In this document: positions 8,953 to 18,340 of the stretch, one piece after another
How the letters are laid out: each line of letters opens with the position of its first letter
Position numbering within the stretch: position 1 is the stretch's first letter
DNA from: Alistipes sp.
Lineage (GTDB): Bacteria; Bacteroidota; Bacteroidia; Bacteroidales; Rikenellaceae
Direction of reading: 5' to 3'
Length of the DNA: 40,321 nt
Assembly (NCBI GenBank): GCA_036658095.1
Contig: JAVXFC010000001.1
Span: 1-40,321, forward strand
Program-made: the position numbers and the translations under genes
The notes under the pieces: generated by a model
What the model was told of the DNA's origin: nothing
Databases searched by the model: none
The model's input: the letters and a program-made list of their open reading frames with translations, nothing else

Positions 8953-9849
8953 TTAGATGAATAGGTGTTCTGCAACTGTTCTGCGCAGATGTTCGTTGTC
9001 GAGGTGGGTGTAAATTTCGGTGGTCGCGATGCTCTCGTGCCCCAGCATCTCCTGCACCTGTCGGATGTTGGCGCCCCCCTCCAGTAGGTGGGTCGCAAAC
9101 GAATGGCGAAAGGTGTGGGGACTGATCTGCTTGGTGATCCCCGCTTGTCGAGCGGCGTTGCGGATGATCGTGAAGAGCATCACGCGCGTGAGCGCCCGCC
9201 CGCGGTTATTCAAAAAAAGGGTCTGCTCACTTGTTTTTATTTTGGATCGTTCGTCGAGGTAAAGTTGTATCCGATCGCGTGCCGTGTTGCTCACTGGCAC
9301 GAGCCGTTGTTTGTCGCCCTTGCCGATCACGCGCAGGTAACCCTCGCCGAAAAAGAGGTCGCCGAGGCGCAGGGTGGTCAGCTCCGAGACCCGCAGACCG
9401 CACGAATAAAGTACTTCGAGCATAGCGCTGTCGCGTAACCCCTTGGTTGTTTGTGTGTTCGCCGCGGCGATGATGTGGTCTATCTCCTCAGTGGTCAGTA
9501 TGTCGGGCAGTTGCCGTCCGCACTTGGGTGCTTCGATAAATTCGGCGGGCGATGCTTCGAGGTTGTTGGTCAGCAGCAGGTAGTTGAAGAAGCTTCGCAG
9601 CCCGCTCAAGATCCGCGCCTGCGAAGTTTTTGCCTTTTGGTGGTCGAACAACCACCCCATGTAGCTCTCGATCATCTCTCGCTCCACCTGCTTGGGAGCC
9701 ACGTCGTAGAATCGCAGGATGTAGTGGGCGAATTGGCTCAAATCACGCATATACGACTCGACGGTATTCTCTGCGAGCCGTTTTTCTAATTTTATATAAG
9801 TGCGATAGCCGCGAGATTTTTCTTCCCACTTTTTCGTATTTTCTGCCAT
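8953..9849 (-). CDS. xerD: site-specific tyrosine recombinase XerD
   Basis: NTVESY.RDL, GLRVSEL, GKGDKQR, HTFRHSFATHLL, LGH, TTEIYTH; complete catalytic set, 298 aa. Confidence 0.9.
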   Translation of the reverse strand: MAENTKKWEEKSRGYRTYIKLEKRLAENTVESYMRDLSQFAHYILRFYDVAPKQVEREMIESYMGWLFDHQKAKTSQARILSGLRSFFNYLLLTNNLEASPAEFIEAPKCGRQLPDILTTEEIDHIIAAANTQTTKGLRDSAMLEVLYSCGLRVSELTTLRLGDLFFGEGYLRVIGKGDKQRLVPVSNTARDRIQLYLDERSKIKTSEQTLFLNNRGRALTRVMLFTIIRNAARQAGITKQISPHTFRHSFATHLLEGGANIRQVQEMLGHESIATTEIYTHLDNEHLRRTVAEHLFI

Positions 9850-9857
9850 AATATGGT

Positions 9858-9865
9858 TAACTTTG
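9858..9865 (+). promoter_or_regulatory. Bacteroidota -7 promoter box for prmA-recO
   Basis: TAACTTTG matches TAnnTTTG, 31 nt before the prmA ATG. Confidence 0.65.
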
Positions 9866-9871
9866 CTCTTA

Positions 9872-9879
9872 CAAAGTTA
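9872..9879 (-). promoter_or_regulatory. Bacteroidota -7 promoter box for xerD
   Basis: CAAAGTTA on + reads TAACTTTG on -, 22 nt before the xerD ATG. Confidence 0.65.
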
Positions 9880-9896
9880 GGCTAATTTTACATAAT

Positions 9897-10727
9897 ATGA
9901 AATATGTAGAGCTGAAAATTACGATTTCGGATGCGGAGCGCGCCGAAATACTTATTGCCGAATTGGCAGATTATCCCTTCGAAAGTTTTGTCACTGAGGA
10001 TGATACACTTAAAGCGTATATTCCCGAGGAGGCTTTGTCTGCCTGCAAATCGGCGGTCGATGCCATGCTCAATAGCTTTGGTGTTGTGCGGCGCAGCTAT
10101 GTGCCGGTGGAGACCAAAGATTGGAATGCAGCGTGGGAAAGCAATTTTGAGTCCGTTGATGTCGACGGACGTCTGGTGATCCGTGCGCCGTTTCATGCCC
10201 CTGCTCCTGAGGGGGTTGCGGAGGTGATCATTCAACCCCATATGTCGTTCGGTACGGGACACCACGCCACCACTTACCTGATGAGTGCGGCGCTGCTCGA
10301 CCTCGATCTGCGCGGTAAGCGGGGTCTGGATGTGGGCAGCGGCACGGGTGTTCTGGCGATCCTCGCTGTGAAACAGGGGGCAGCGTCGGTCGATGCAATC
10401 GACATCGACGACTGGGCGGAGGAGAATTGCCGCCTGAATGCCACCACCAACGAGGTCTCCGATCGCGTGCATCCCCTCTTGGGCGACGTGCATCGGGTCG
10501 AGGGTGGTTCCTACGACTTCATTGCGGCAAACATCAACCGCAACACGTTGCTCGCCGATCTGCCCAGCTATGCTGCGCTGCTCTGTGTGGGTGGTGCGCT
10601 GCTGATGAGTGGTTTTTTAACCATTGACCAGCCGATTGTGGCTGCGGCAGCCGAGGCGCAAGGGCTGACGGTCGCCGAGGTTCGCACGCGTGAAGGGTGG
10701 GTGATGCTGCACTGCACAAAACCATAG
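9897..10727 (+). CDS. prmA: ribosomal protein L11 methyltransferase
   Basis: DWNAAWE, MSFGTGHHATT, LDVGSGTGVLAI, DID, ANI. Confidence 0.95.
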   Translation: MKYVELKITISDAERAEILIAELADYPFESFVTEDDTLKAYIPEEALSACKSAVDAMLNSFGVVRRSYVPVETKDWNAAWESNFESVDVDGRLVIRAPFHAPAPEGVAEVIIQPHMSFGTGHHATTYLMSAALLDLDLRGKRGLDVGSGTGVLAILAVKQGAASVDAIDIDDWAEENCRLNATTNEVSDRVHPLLGDVHRVEGGSYDFIAANINRNTLLADLPSYAALLCVGGALLMSGFLTIDQPIVAAAAEAQGLTVAEVRTREGWVMLHCTKP

Positions 10728-11453
10728 GTGAAGAGCTATAAAGCACGTGGGGTGGTGCTGCACACCCTCAAATATGGCGATACGTCGATGATTGTTCATC
10801 TGCTCACCGATGTGGGCGGACGTCGCAGTTATATGGTGCAGGGGGTGCGCAGCACGCGGGGTCACGGCTCTAAATTGGCACTTTTTCAACCCATGTTCGC
10901 CGTCGAGTTCGAGGGGCTGGAGTCGTCACGGATGCAAATGCACCGCTTCAAGGAGGTGTGTAGTGGTGTGGTGATGCAGTCGATCCCGTTCGACATTCGT
11001 AAATCGACCATTGCGCTCTTCATGGCGGAGGTCTTGTACCGATTGGTCAAGGAGAGCGAGCGTAACGATGCCTTGTTCGATTTCGTGTGGGGTTCGATCT
11101 CTGCGCTCGACACCCTCGGCGAGGGGGTTGCCAACTTTCACCTTTGGTTTCTTGCCAACCTAAGCCGTATGCTGGGCTTTTTGCCCGGCAACCACTACAC
11201 CGAGGGCGACTGGTTCGACATCAGCGAAGGACTCTACACCCCCACGCGTCCGTCTCACGCCCATTTCATGACGCAGGACAACGCCCGTACGCTCCACGAT
11301 TTCATGGAGTGCGATGTGCGCTACCTTGCCGAAATAGGGCTGAACCGCACCCAACGTGTTGATTTTCTGAATGCCATGCTCACCTACTACGACTACCACC
11401 TCGACGCCATTCGTGCCGTGCAGTCGGTGGCGATCCTGCAAGAGGTGTTTTAG
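10728..11453 (+). CDS. recO: DNA repair protein RecO
   Basis: GVVLHTLKYGDTSMIV, FQP, KSTIALFMAEVL, final SVAILQEVF; GTG start abuts the prmA stop. Confidence 0.92.
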   Translation: MKSYKARGVVLHTLKYGDTSMIVHLLTDVGGRRSYMVQGVRSTRGHGSKLALFQPMFAVEFEGLESSRMQMHRFKEVCSGVVMQSIPFDIRKSTIALFMAEVLYRLVKESERNDALFDFVWGSISALDTLGEGVANFHLWFLANLSRMLGFLPGNHYTEGDWFDISEGLYTPTRPSHAHFMTQDNARTLHDFMECDVRYLAEIGLNRTQRVDFLNAMLTYYDYHLDAIRAVQSVAILQEVF

Positions 11454-11459
11454 CGTTTC

Positions 11460-13232
11460 TTAGTTTTTCTTTCGAAAAGGGCGAGCTGACTTTTGTCCGC
11501 GGGGAGTGCCGTGTGTGGCGGCAGGCGGTTGTTGACGGTCGAAGAAATAGCTCTTTTGGCGGCGTTTTTCATCCTGTGTTCGAGCTACATAGACCTTTTC
11601 GTGTGTATATGGATTCTCGCCCGTTCGGAACATCACCGACGACAGGGTCATAGGCGTTGGGGTGAGATCCTGCACCTGCTCCAAGGTGAAATGGAGCCGA
11701 CCGAGTACCTTTTGCGATAGCGCGCGCATATCCTGCTCCGTGCAACCGGGATGCGAGGAGATGAAGTAAGGTATGAGTTGATAGGGCAACTGTTCTTGGT
11801 GACAAATACGCTGAAAATCAGCATTTATATCCTCAAAAAGTTTGAATGACGGCTTGCGCATTTGGCGTAAAACGCCCTCTTCGGTGTGTTCGGGTGCCAC
11901 CTTCAGGTGTCCCGAGGTGTGGTATTTAATCAGGGTCTCGAAATAGTTGCTCCGATCGAAGAGATCGTAACGAATGCCACTACCGACGAATGCTTTTTTG
12001 ATCCCCTTCACGGCGCGAATTTTGGCATAAAGATCCAGCAGTGGACGGTGGTCGTTGTCGAGGTTGGGACACATCGACGGGTGGAGACACGAGGCACGGC
12101 GGCACTTGGCACAGAGCGTTTTATCGCGTCCGCCCATGCGGTACATATTCGCCGACGGCGCACCTACATCCGACAAATAACCCTTGAAGTCGGGCATATG
12201 TACGATCCGCTCGACCTCCGAGAGGATCGATCGTTCGCTGCGCGAGTTGATGAACTTGCCTTGGTGTGCCGAAATGGTGCAGAAGGAGCAGCCGCCAAAG
12301 CAGCCGCGGTGGATATTGACCGAGTGTTTGATCATCTCCCACGCGGGAATCGCGCCGCGACCCTCGTATCGGGGGTGTGGCGCCCGCTCGTAGGGAAGGT
12401 CGAACGAGTGGTCTAACTCCTCGGTGGTGAGGGTGGCGTTCTGGGGTGTGACGACCACATAGCGTCCGTCGGTTGGCTCCACAAGGGTCTGCACTGGCTC
12501 CATGAGGTTGCTCAGGGTCTCGATCACAGTGAAATTCTCACCGAAGGCGCGGTTGTCATCGCGGCTTTGTTCGTAGGGGTGAAGCCACGTGGTGGTGGCA
12601 GGGTCGAGCCGTCGTGCATACTCCTCGTCTGCCATGAAGGCAACCTGCCGTATCTTGCGGAGCAGCTTGGCGTTGTAGCCATTTTTGAGCGCACCAGCCA
12701 CCTGCTGAATCACCCGTTCCCCCATGCCATAAATCAGCAAATCGGCGCCACTTTCGACCAAGATCGAGGGGCGAATGGTGTTGTTCCAGTAGTCGTAATG
12801 TGCCAAGCGGCGCAGCGAAGCCTCGATGCCGCCCACCACCACGGGGGTGTGCGGAAAGAGGCGTTTTAGAATCTGGGAGTAGGTGATCACCGTGTTGTCG
12901 GGGCGGAATCCCGCTGCGCCACCTGCCGTGTAGGCGTCGTTGCTTCGCAGGCGGATGTTGGCGGTGTAGTGGTTGACCATGGAGTCCATAGCCCCTGCTG
13001 TGACCCCAAAAAAGAGCCGCGGCGTCCCCAATTTCGTGAAGTCGCGCAGGTCATCGCGCCAGTTTGGCTGAGGGACAATCGCCACGCGGTACCCCTCGGC
13101 TTCGAGTAGTCGCCCCACGACCGCCGCGCCGAAGGCAGGGTGGTCGATGTAGGCGTCGCCCGTGAACAGAATGACGTCGAGCTGTTCCCAGCCGCGAGCG
13201 CGTACCTCTTTTATGGTTGTTGGTAGAAACAT
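11460..13232 (-). CDS. YgiQ family radical SAM protein
   Basis: GDAYIDHP, DSMVNHYT, GGIEASLRR, RGCFGGCSFC (CxxxCxxC), LKVAPEH, YFISSHPG, QVQDLTPTP. Confidence 0.93.
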   Translation of the reverse strand: MFLPTTIKEVRARGWEQLDVILFTGDAYIDHPAFGAAVVGRLLEAEGYRVAIVPQPNWRDDLRDFTKLGTPRLFFGVTAGAMDSMVNHYTANIRLRSNDAYTAGGAAGFRPDNTVITYSQILKRLFPHTPVVVGGIEASLRRLAHYDYWNNTIRPSILVESGADLLIYGMGERVIQQVAGALKNGYNAKLLRKIRQVAFMADEEYARRLDPATTTWLHPYEQSRDDNRAFGENFTVIETLSNLMEPVQTLVEPTDGRYVVVTPQNATLTTEELDHSFDLPYERAPHPRYEGRGAIPAWEMIKHSVNIHRGCFGGCSFCTISAHQGKFINSRSERSILSEVERIVHMPDFKGYLSDVGAPSANMYRMGGRDKTLCAKCRRASCLHPSMCPNLDNDHRPLLDLYAKIRAVKGIKKAFVGSGIRYDLFDRSNYFETLIKYHTSGHLKVAPEHTEEGVLRQMRKPSFKLFEDINADFQRICHQEQLPYQLIPYFISSHPGCTEQDMRALSQKVLGRLHFTLEQVQDLTPTPMTLSSVMFRTGENPYTHEKVYVARTQDEKRRQKSYFFDRQQPPAATHGTPRGQKSARPFRKKN

Positions 13233-13235
13233 TTT

Positions 13236-15200
13236 TTACTTCATCTCTTTTTTGATGCGGAACCAAAAGCGAGATCCCTCGCCTAATTTTGATTCGACAC
13301 CGATTTGACCACCGAGAATTTCGACGATCGTTTTGCTGATAGCCAGCCCCAGCCCCGTACCTTCGATGCAGCTATTGAGCTTGATGAAACGATTGAAAAT
13401 GGTGCAAATTTGTTCGGGGGCAATGCCAATGCCGCTATCTTTCACATAGAATTCAACCAGTTCGTCGTTGTAGGAGAAGTATCCCACCTCGATGTTGCCC
13501 TTTTTGGTGAATTTCACCGCGTTGCCGATGAGGTTCACCAAAACTTGCATCAATCTGTTTTCATCGGTTTGAATTGTAAGTGGTTGTTCCGCAGCTGTAT
13601 AGCTGAGCGTCACTTCGGGGCAACACTTGGCGTGAAGCATCGAAATGGCGTGCTTGCACACCGCGTCTATGTTGACCTGATCTGTGGTTACATGGAGCAT
13701 TCCCGACTCGATTTTCGAAATATCGAGAATGTCGGAGATCAGTTGCAGCAGCAGGTCGCTGTTGCGCTTGATGATCGCCGCCAACTCCGCCTGCTCTTGT
13801 TCGTCCTCCGCCGAGGCAATGAGCTGCGAGAAGCCGACAATGGCATTCAGAGGGGTGCGAATCTCGTGACTAATATTGGCCAAAAAGGCAGTTTTCAGGC
13901 GATCGGACTCCTCGGCTTTTTTCAGTGCAATAGTCAGATTCTTACTGGTTTGTTCCAGTTGTTTGTTGGCTTCTGTAGCCTCCAATATGGCGAGCAATGT
14001 CTGTTTTTGTGCCTTTTGCAGTCGCAGGTGGTTGCGCAGCGTGTAGATGTAGGCGGCGATGAGGACGATGAATAGCGTCACGAAGAACAAGATTTGCACT
14101 TGGTACTTTTCGAACACCGACTCTGGTTTGCTCTGAAAGAGGAAGTGTTCGGGGAGGTTATTCTCCGACAAACCAAATTTGTGTAGCACCTCCCAATCCA
14201 CAAAGCATTGCTCATCTTTGACCGCACGAGGGGCGATCTCGCGCGGACTTGTGCCTTCGATCACCGCCAGTAGCATGGTGGTGATCTGCTCGCCCCAAAA
14301 GTCGGCTTGATTAAAGCATCCACCCAAGAAATAGCCCTTTTCAAACCCAATGTTGTTGGTGATGAAGATAGGCGCTTTTAGGGTATTTGAAATCTCCTTG
14401 TAGGTGTAGTCTTTCGAGTATTTGAACCCGTGCTTTTCCGAGAGCCAAGAGGTCAACAGTACGCCTGTTGTGGGTGCGATCTTGGGCAGGCATTTGAAAA
14501 GCGAATCGGTACTCACGAAGCGGGCATCCATATATTCGACGGGGTAGTCTGTGTGGTTTGTGCGCATCTCCTCCTCGAACATCAAGCGGGTGTAGACCCC
14601 ATAGAAACGGTTGTCGGTGATCAAGGCAATCCGATTCATCTTAGGCAGAATGTGATGCATCATATCGACGTATCCCGAGATATTCATCTGACGGAGAATA
14701 CCCGTTGCGTTGTGTCTTTTCATGACTTCGGTCGTTGCGTCGAAATCACTGAGCTGCAATGTGTTGAGCTGCTTGTCGTATTGGTCGATGCTGATCGTGT
14801 GTGGCTTGACGGCGCAAAGCAGCAGCGGAACATCGCCCAATCGCGTGGTGTTGACGCTGTTGTAGGTCATCCACGCCTCGTCCGAAATGAAGACGATCGC
14901 AATCGGAGGGTGGTGCTGATAGGTGTCGAGAATTGTATTCATCTTCAACTTCCAGCTACTCGTGTCAGAAAACAACTCCGACGAGAGGTATTCGACATTC
15001 AGCTCGATACCGGGATAGGAGGCGCTCAATTTGTGGTTTATTCCGTCGATGATTGAGTTGGACCATTGGTAATCCACACCGTAGGAGTCAATGATCAGCA
15101 CCTTGTTCGAATTGGTGGCGTGTGCATCCAACCCGCCGAGACAAAAAATCAAGGCGAGCATCCATAACTTGAAGGGGTGTAGCGCGAGGTGTTGTGTCAT
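13236..15200 (-). CDS. membrane sensor histidine kinase with periplasmic substrate-binding-like domain, no receiver domain
   Basis: H box FLANISHEIRTPLN, N box NLIGNAVKFT, DSGIGI, GTGLGL; TM ILFFVTLFIVLIAAYIY; N-terminal signal. Confidence 0.93.
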   Translation of the reverse strand: MTQHLALHPFKLWMLALIFCLGGLDAHATNSNKVLIIDSYGVDYQWSNSIIDGINHKLSASYPGIELNVEYLSSELFSDTSSWKLKMNTILDTYQHHPPIAIVFISDEAWMTYNSVNTTRLGDVPLLLCAVKPHTISIDQYDKQLNTLQLSDFDATTEVMKRHNATGILRQMNISGYVDMMHHILPKMNRIALITDNRFYGVYTRLMFEEEMRTNHTDYPVEYMDARFVSTDSLFKCLPKIAPTTGVLLTSWLSEKHGFKYSKDYTYKEISNTLKAPIFITNNIGFEKGYFLGGCFNQADFWGEQITTMLLAVIEGTSPREIAPRAVKDEQCFVDWEVLHKFGLSENNLPEHFLFQSKPESVFEKYQVQILFFVTLFIVLIAAYIYTLRNHLRLQKAQKQTLLAILEATEANKQLEQTSKNLTIALKKAEESDRLKTAFLANISHEIRTPLNAIVGFSQLIASAEDEQEQAELAAIIKRNSDLLLQLISDILDISKIESGMLHVTTDQVNIDAVCKHAISMLHAKCCPEVTLSYTAAEQPLTIQTDENRLMQVLVNLIGNAVKFTKKGNIEVGYFSYNDELVEFYVKDSGIGIAPEQICTIFNRFIKLNSCIEGTGLGLAISKTIVEILGGQIGVESKLGEGSRFWFRIKKEMK

Positions 15201-15211
15201 GGCGTGTGGTT

Positions 15212-16300
15212 TTATTCGTTATTGCTCAGTGCGTCCAGCCGTTGGCTCGATACATAATTATCCCAGCGGTCGAGTACCGTTGCCAGATCCGTGGGGATTG
15301 GACTTTCGAAGCGCACCTCTTGGTGGGTCGAGGGGTGTATGAATCCCAAGGATTGCGCATGGAGAGCCTGTCGAGGCAGAATGGCAAAGCAATTTTCGAT
15401 GAACTGCTTGTATTTGGCAAAGGTCGTCCCCTTGAGGATGCGGTCGCCGCCGTAGCGTTCGTCGTTGAAGAGTGGATGCCCCTGCCACGCCATGTGGACG
15501 CGGATTTGGTGGGTGCGCCCCGTCTCCAAACGGCACTCAAGGAGCGTCACGTAGCCGTAGCGTTTCAATACGCGCCAGTGGGTCACCGCGTGCTTGCCCT
15601 CCTCACCCTCCTCGAAGACGTGCATCTTCAGTCGGTCTTTGGGTGAGCGTCCGATGTTGCCCGTGATCGTCCCCTCGTCCTCGTCGAAATTACCCCACAC
15701 CAACGCCACATAGCGGCGGTAAATGGTGTGGTCGAAGAACTGTTTGGCGAGCTGCACATGGGCGCGCTCGTTTTTGGCGATCACCAAGATGCCCGATGTG
15801 TCTTTGTCGATGCGATGCACCAATCCAGCGCGCATATCGCCCTCTTGGAACAGGGGCAGATCTTGCAGGTGGAAGGTCAGGGCATTGACCAGCGTGCCGC
15901 AGTAATTGCCATGTCCGGGGTGTACCACCATGCCTGCCGCCTTGTTGACGATGATGATGTCGTCGTCCTCGTGGAGGATGTCGAGTGGAATATCCTCGGG
16001 GATGATCTCCACTTCACGCCGCGGGTAGGGCATGACGATCGAGATGTGGTCGAGGGGTTTGACCTTGTAGTTCGACTTGGCAGCCACGCCGTTGACCAAG
16101 ATGCTCCCGTTGTCGGCAGCAACTTGAATGCGGTTGCGCGAGCAACGCTCCATGTGGCAAGCCAAAAACTTGTCAAGCCGCAGCAGCGATTGCCCGCGAT
16201 CGGCTGTAATGGCGTAATGCTCGAACAGCTCATCTTGCTCCTCGCCGCCCTCGTCGATTTCATCGATCTGCTCGTCGATATATTGCTTCTCTTCTATCAT
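15212..16300 (-). CDS. rluD: RluA/RluD family 23S rRNA pseudouridine synthase
   Basis: S4 domain RLDKFL, NKAAGMVVHP, HRIDKDTSG, LETGRTHQIRVH, QALHA. Confidence 0.92.
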   Translation of the reverse strand: MIEEKQYIDEQIDEIDEGGEEQDELFEHYAITADRGQSLLRLDKFLACHMERCSRNRIQVAADNGSILVNGVAAKSNYKVKPLDHISIVMPYPRREVEIIPEDIPLDILHEDDDIIIVNKAAGMVVHPGHGNYCGTLVNALTFHLQDLPLFQEGDMRAGLVHRIDKDTSGILVIAKNERAHVQLAKQFFDHTIYRRYVALVWGNFDEDEGTITGNIGRSPKDRLKMHVFEEGEEGKHAVTHWRVLKRYGYVTLLECRLETGRTHQIRVHMAWQGHPLFNDERYGGDRILKGTTFAKYKQFIENCFAILPRQALHAQSLGFIHPSTHQEVRFESPIPTDLATVLDRWDNYVSSQRLDALSNNE

Positions 16301-17259
16301 TCAAAAAATCCTTCCTCTGAGGGTGTTGTTTCGGGTTCTGTGGACTCTGCGGGCGTCAGTGCCTGCTCTAAATCCACCTGAGCCAACGAGTCAGCCCTCT
16401 CTTTTTCTTGCGCCATGCGCTCTTCGGCAAGCCCCTTGGCGGCTTTCTCCGCGTCGATGCGTTGCTGTTTTGTCTTTTCGCCGTCCAATGTCAACAGCAG
16501 ATCTACGGTCGATCCGAGGTCTGCGCTACGCTCCTGCCCGGGGGCTTGGGCGTAGACGTGTGCTTCGCGTTGGTTGAGCAGGCTCACCCCCTTGTCGAAG
16601 GTGATCTTGCCGACGTTCAGCCCCAACTCCCACAGGCGGCTTTTGGCCTGTTGGAGCGAGAATCCGATCACGCGCGGAATGACGGTTGTCCCCTCGCCAC
16701 CTGCCACCCCCACATAGAGGGTGATGCCCGATCCCATGGGGGCTTCGATGCGTGTGTGCGACGAGACGGGTTGTTCTTTGCAGTACTCCGAGAGTACGTA
16801 GTTGGTTGCAATATCGGGGCGGTAGATCAGTTTTTCGATCCCCAGACCTGCGATTTCGAGCATATTTTTTGCCTGCCGCAGCGAGCGTCCAGCCACATAG
16901 GGGACGGAAACCATCTTCTGTCGGAAGGAGTTGATCGAGATGTAGACCGTGCGTCCGGGTTTCACCTCCACACCCTGTTTGGGCAGCTGATCCAGCACCA
17001 TGCCCCCCTCGTAGATCGAGACATAGAGCGAGTCGTTGACGCAGAGTTTGAGGTCGTTGTCACGAGCAATTTGCTGCGCGTCGTCGAGCAGCACGCCCGT
17101 GAAGTCGGGTACCGTGCGCCGTGCGCCGTGGCGCGTACCGGTCTGCATCAATATGTGAGAGACAAGGCCCAATGCCAAGAGCGTCGCCACAATAAGTACG
17201 AGGTTGTAGGCGAAGGGTTTCTGTTTTAGTTTGCCCCAGTAATACGAAATTTTTTCCAT
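16297..17259 (-). CDS. PASTA domain-containing membrane-anchored protein
   Basis: N-terminal TM, TRHG, three repeats beginning VPDFTG, VPYVAG and IPRVIG. Confidence 0.9.
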   Translation of the reverse strand: MEKISYYWGKLKQKPFAYNLVLIVATLLALGLVSHILMQTGTRHGARRTVPDFTGVLLDDAQQIARDNDLKLCVNDSLYVSIYEGGMVLDQLPKQGVEVKPGRTVYISINSFRQKMVSVPYVAGRSLRQAKNMLEIAGLGIEKLIYRPDIATNYVLSEYCKEQPVSSHTRIEAPMGSGITLYVGVAGGEGTTVIPRVIGFSLQQAKSRLWELGLNVGKITFDKGVSLLNQREAHVYAQAPGQERSADLGSTVDLLLTLDGEKTKQQRIDAEKAAKGLAEERMAQEKERADSLAQVDLEQALTPAESTEPETTPSEEGFFE

Positions 17260-17265
17260 AATGAA

Positions 17266-18339
17266 CTACAATTCGTTATAATGCGTATCACGCTCCACGG
17301 CGCGATAACCAGCTGCTGTGGCTATGTGTTGCATATCTTCGATGGTCATCGTTGGGTGCTTGTCGTCCGCCCCCGCCATGGAGTAGATCGTGGTGGTGTC
17401 GTCGATCGTGCCGTCGATGTCGTCTGCCCCAAAGGCGAGCGCCAGCTCGGTGGTTTGACGTCCATACATCACCCAGTAGGCCTTGATGTGCGGCACGTTG
17501 TCCAAAAAGATGCGGCTCAGTGCCAGCATCCGCATATCTTCGGTCACCGAGACCTCGCCGATCTCGGACATCGAGTTGCCGAAGTTGCGGTATTTGAGCG
17601 GTATGAAGGCATCGAAACCTGCCGTGGCGTCTTGCAGCGTGCGCAGACGGTCGAGGTGGTCGATGCGGTGTTCGAGGGTCTCGATGTGACCGTAGAGAAT
17701 GGTGGCGTTGGTGTGTATGCCCAGCTTGTGTGCCGTGCCATGCACCTCAAACCACTCTGCCGTCGACCCTTTGTCGGGGCAGATGCGCTGGCGCAGGGTC
17801 TCGTCGAAGATCTCGGCACCTCCGCCGGGGATCGCCTCCATGCCCGCCTCGATCAGTGCGCGCAAACCCTGTTCGGTGGTCAAGCCTGCTTTGCGAATCA
17901 TGTATGCCAACTCGATGGCTGTGAATGCTTTGACGGCAGCTTCGGGCAAAATCGCCTTCACCCGCCGAATCATATCGACGTAGTAGTCCAAGCCGTGTTC
18001 GGGATGCACACCACCCACGATATGTACCTCGGTGATCCCCTGCCCTGCCCGTTTGCGAGCGATCTCTTCAATCTGGGTCATCGAATAATCCCATGCTTCG
18101 GGACTTCCCTTGGGACGGCGGTAGGAGCAAAATCGGCAGTTGAAAACACAGAGGTTTGTTGGCTCGATGTGGAAATTGCGGTTGTAAAAGACCTTGTCGC
18201 CGCTCACGCGTTGCTTGCAGGTGGTGGCTAACTCGCCCAAGAGCCACAGCGGAGCTTCGCGCCACAGCGTGAGTGCTTCGTCGGTGGTGATGCGCTGGGC
18301 TTGGCGCACCTTGCAGGCTATATCGTGGAGTGTTGTCAT
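17266..18339 (-). CDS. mqnE: aminofutalosine synthase (radical SAM, CofH/MqnE family)
   Basis: PTNLCVFNCRFC, EVHIVGG, PGGGAE, NATILYGHIE, HIKAYW and GADDIDGT (MqnE-type rather than MqnC-type). Confidence 0.85.
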   Translation of the reverse strand: MTTLHDIACKVRQAQRITTDEALTLWREAPLWLLGELATTCKQRVSGDKVFYNRNFHIEPTNLCVFNCRFCSYRRPKGSPEAWDYSMTQIEEIARKRAGQGITEVHIVGGVHPEHGLDYYVDMIRRVKAILPEAAVKAFTAIELAYMIRKAGLTTEQGLRALIEAGMEAIPGGGAEIFDETLRQRICPDKGSTAEWFEVHGTAHKLGIHTNATILYGHIETLEHRIDHLDRLRTLQDATAGFDAFIPLKYRNFGNSMSEIGEVSVTEDMRMLALSRIFLDNVPHIKAYWVMYGRQTTELALAFGADDIDGTIDDTTTIYSMAGADDKHPTMTIEDMQHIATAAGYRAVERDTHYNEL

Positions 18340-18340
18340 G

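Noticed and set aside
8953-9849. Tyrosine recombinase as the integrase of a mobile element
   Set aside because: Size and motifs fit chromosomal XerD; flanks are housekeeping genes; no att repeats, tRNA or cargo.
9843-9882. Possible dif site beside xerD
   Set aside because: Lacks the ATAA-6 bp-TTATGTTAAA core; the arms are better explained as -7 promoter boxes.
17266-18339. CofH (F420) or MqnC assignment
   Set aside because: HIKAYW and GADDIDGT fit MqnE; no cof genes in the window.
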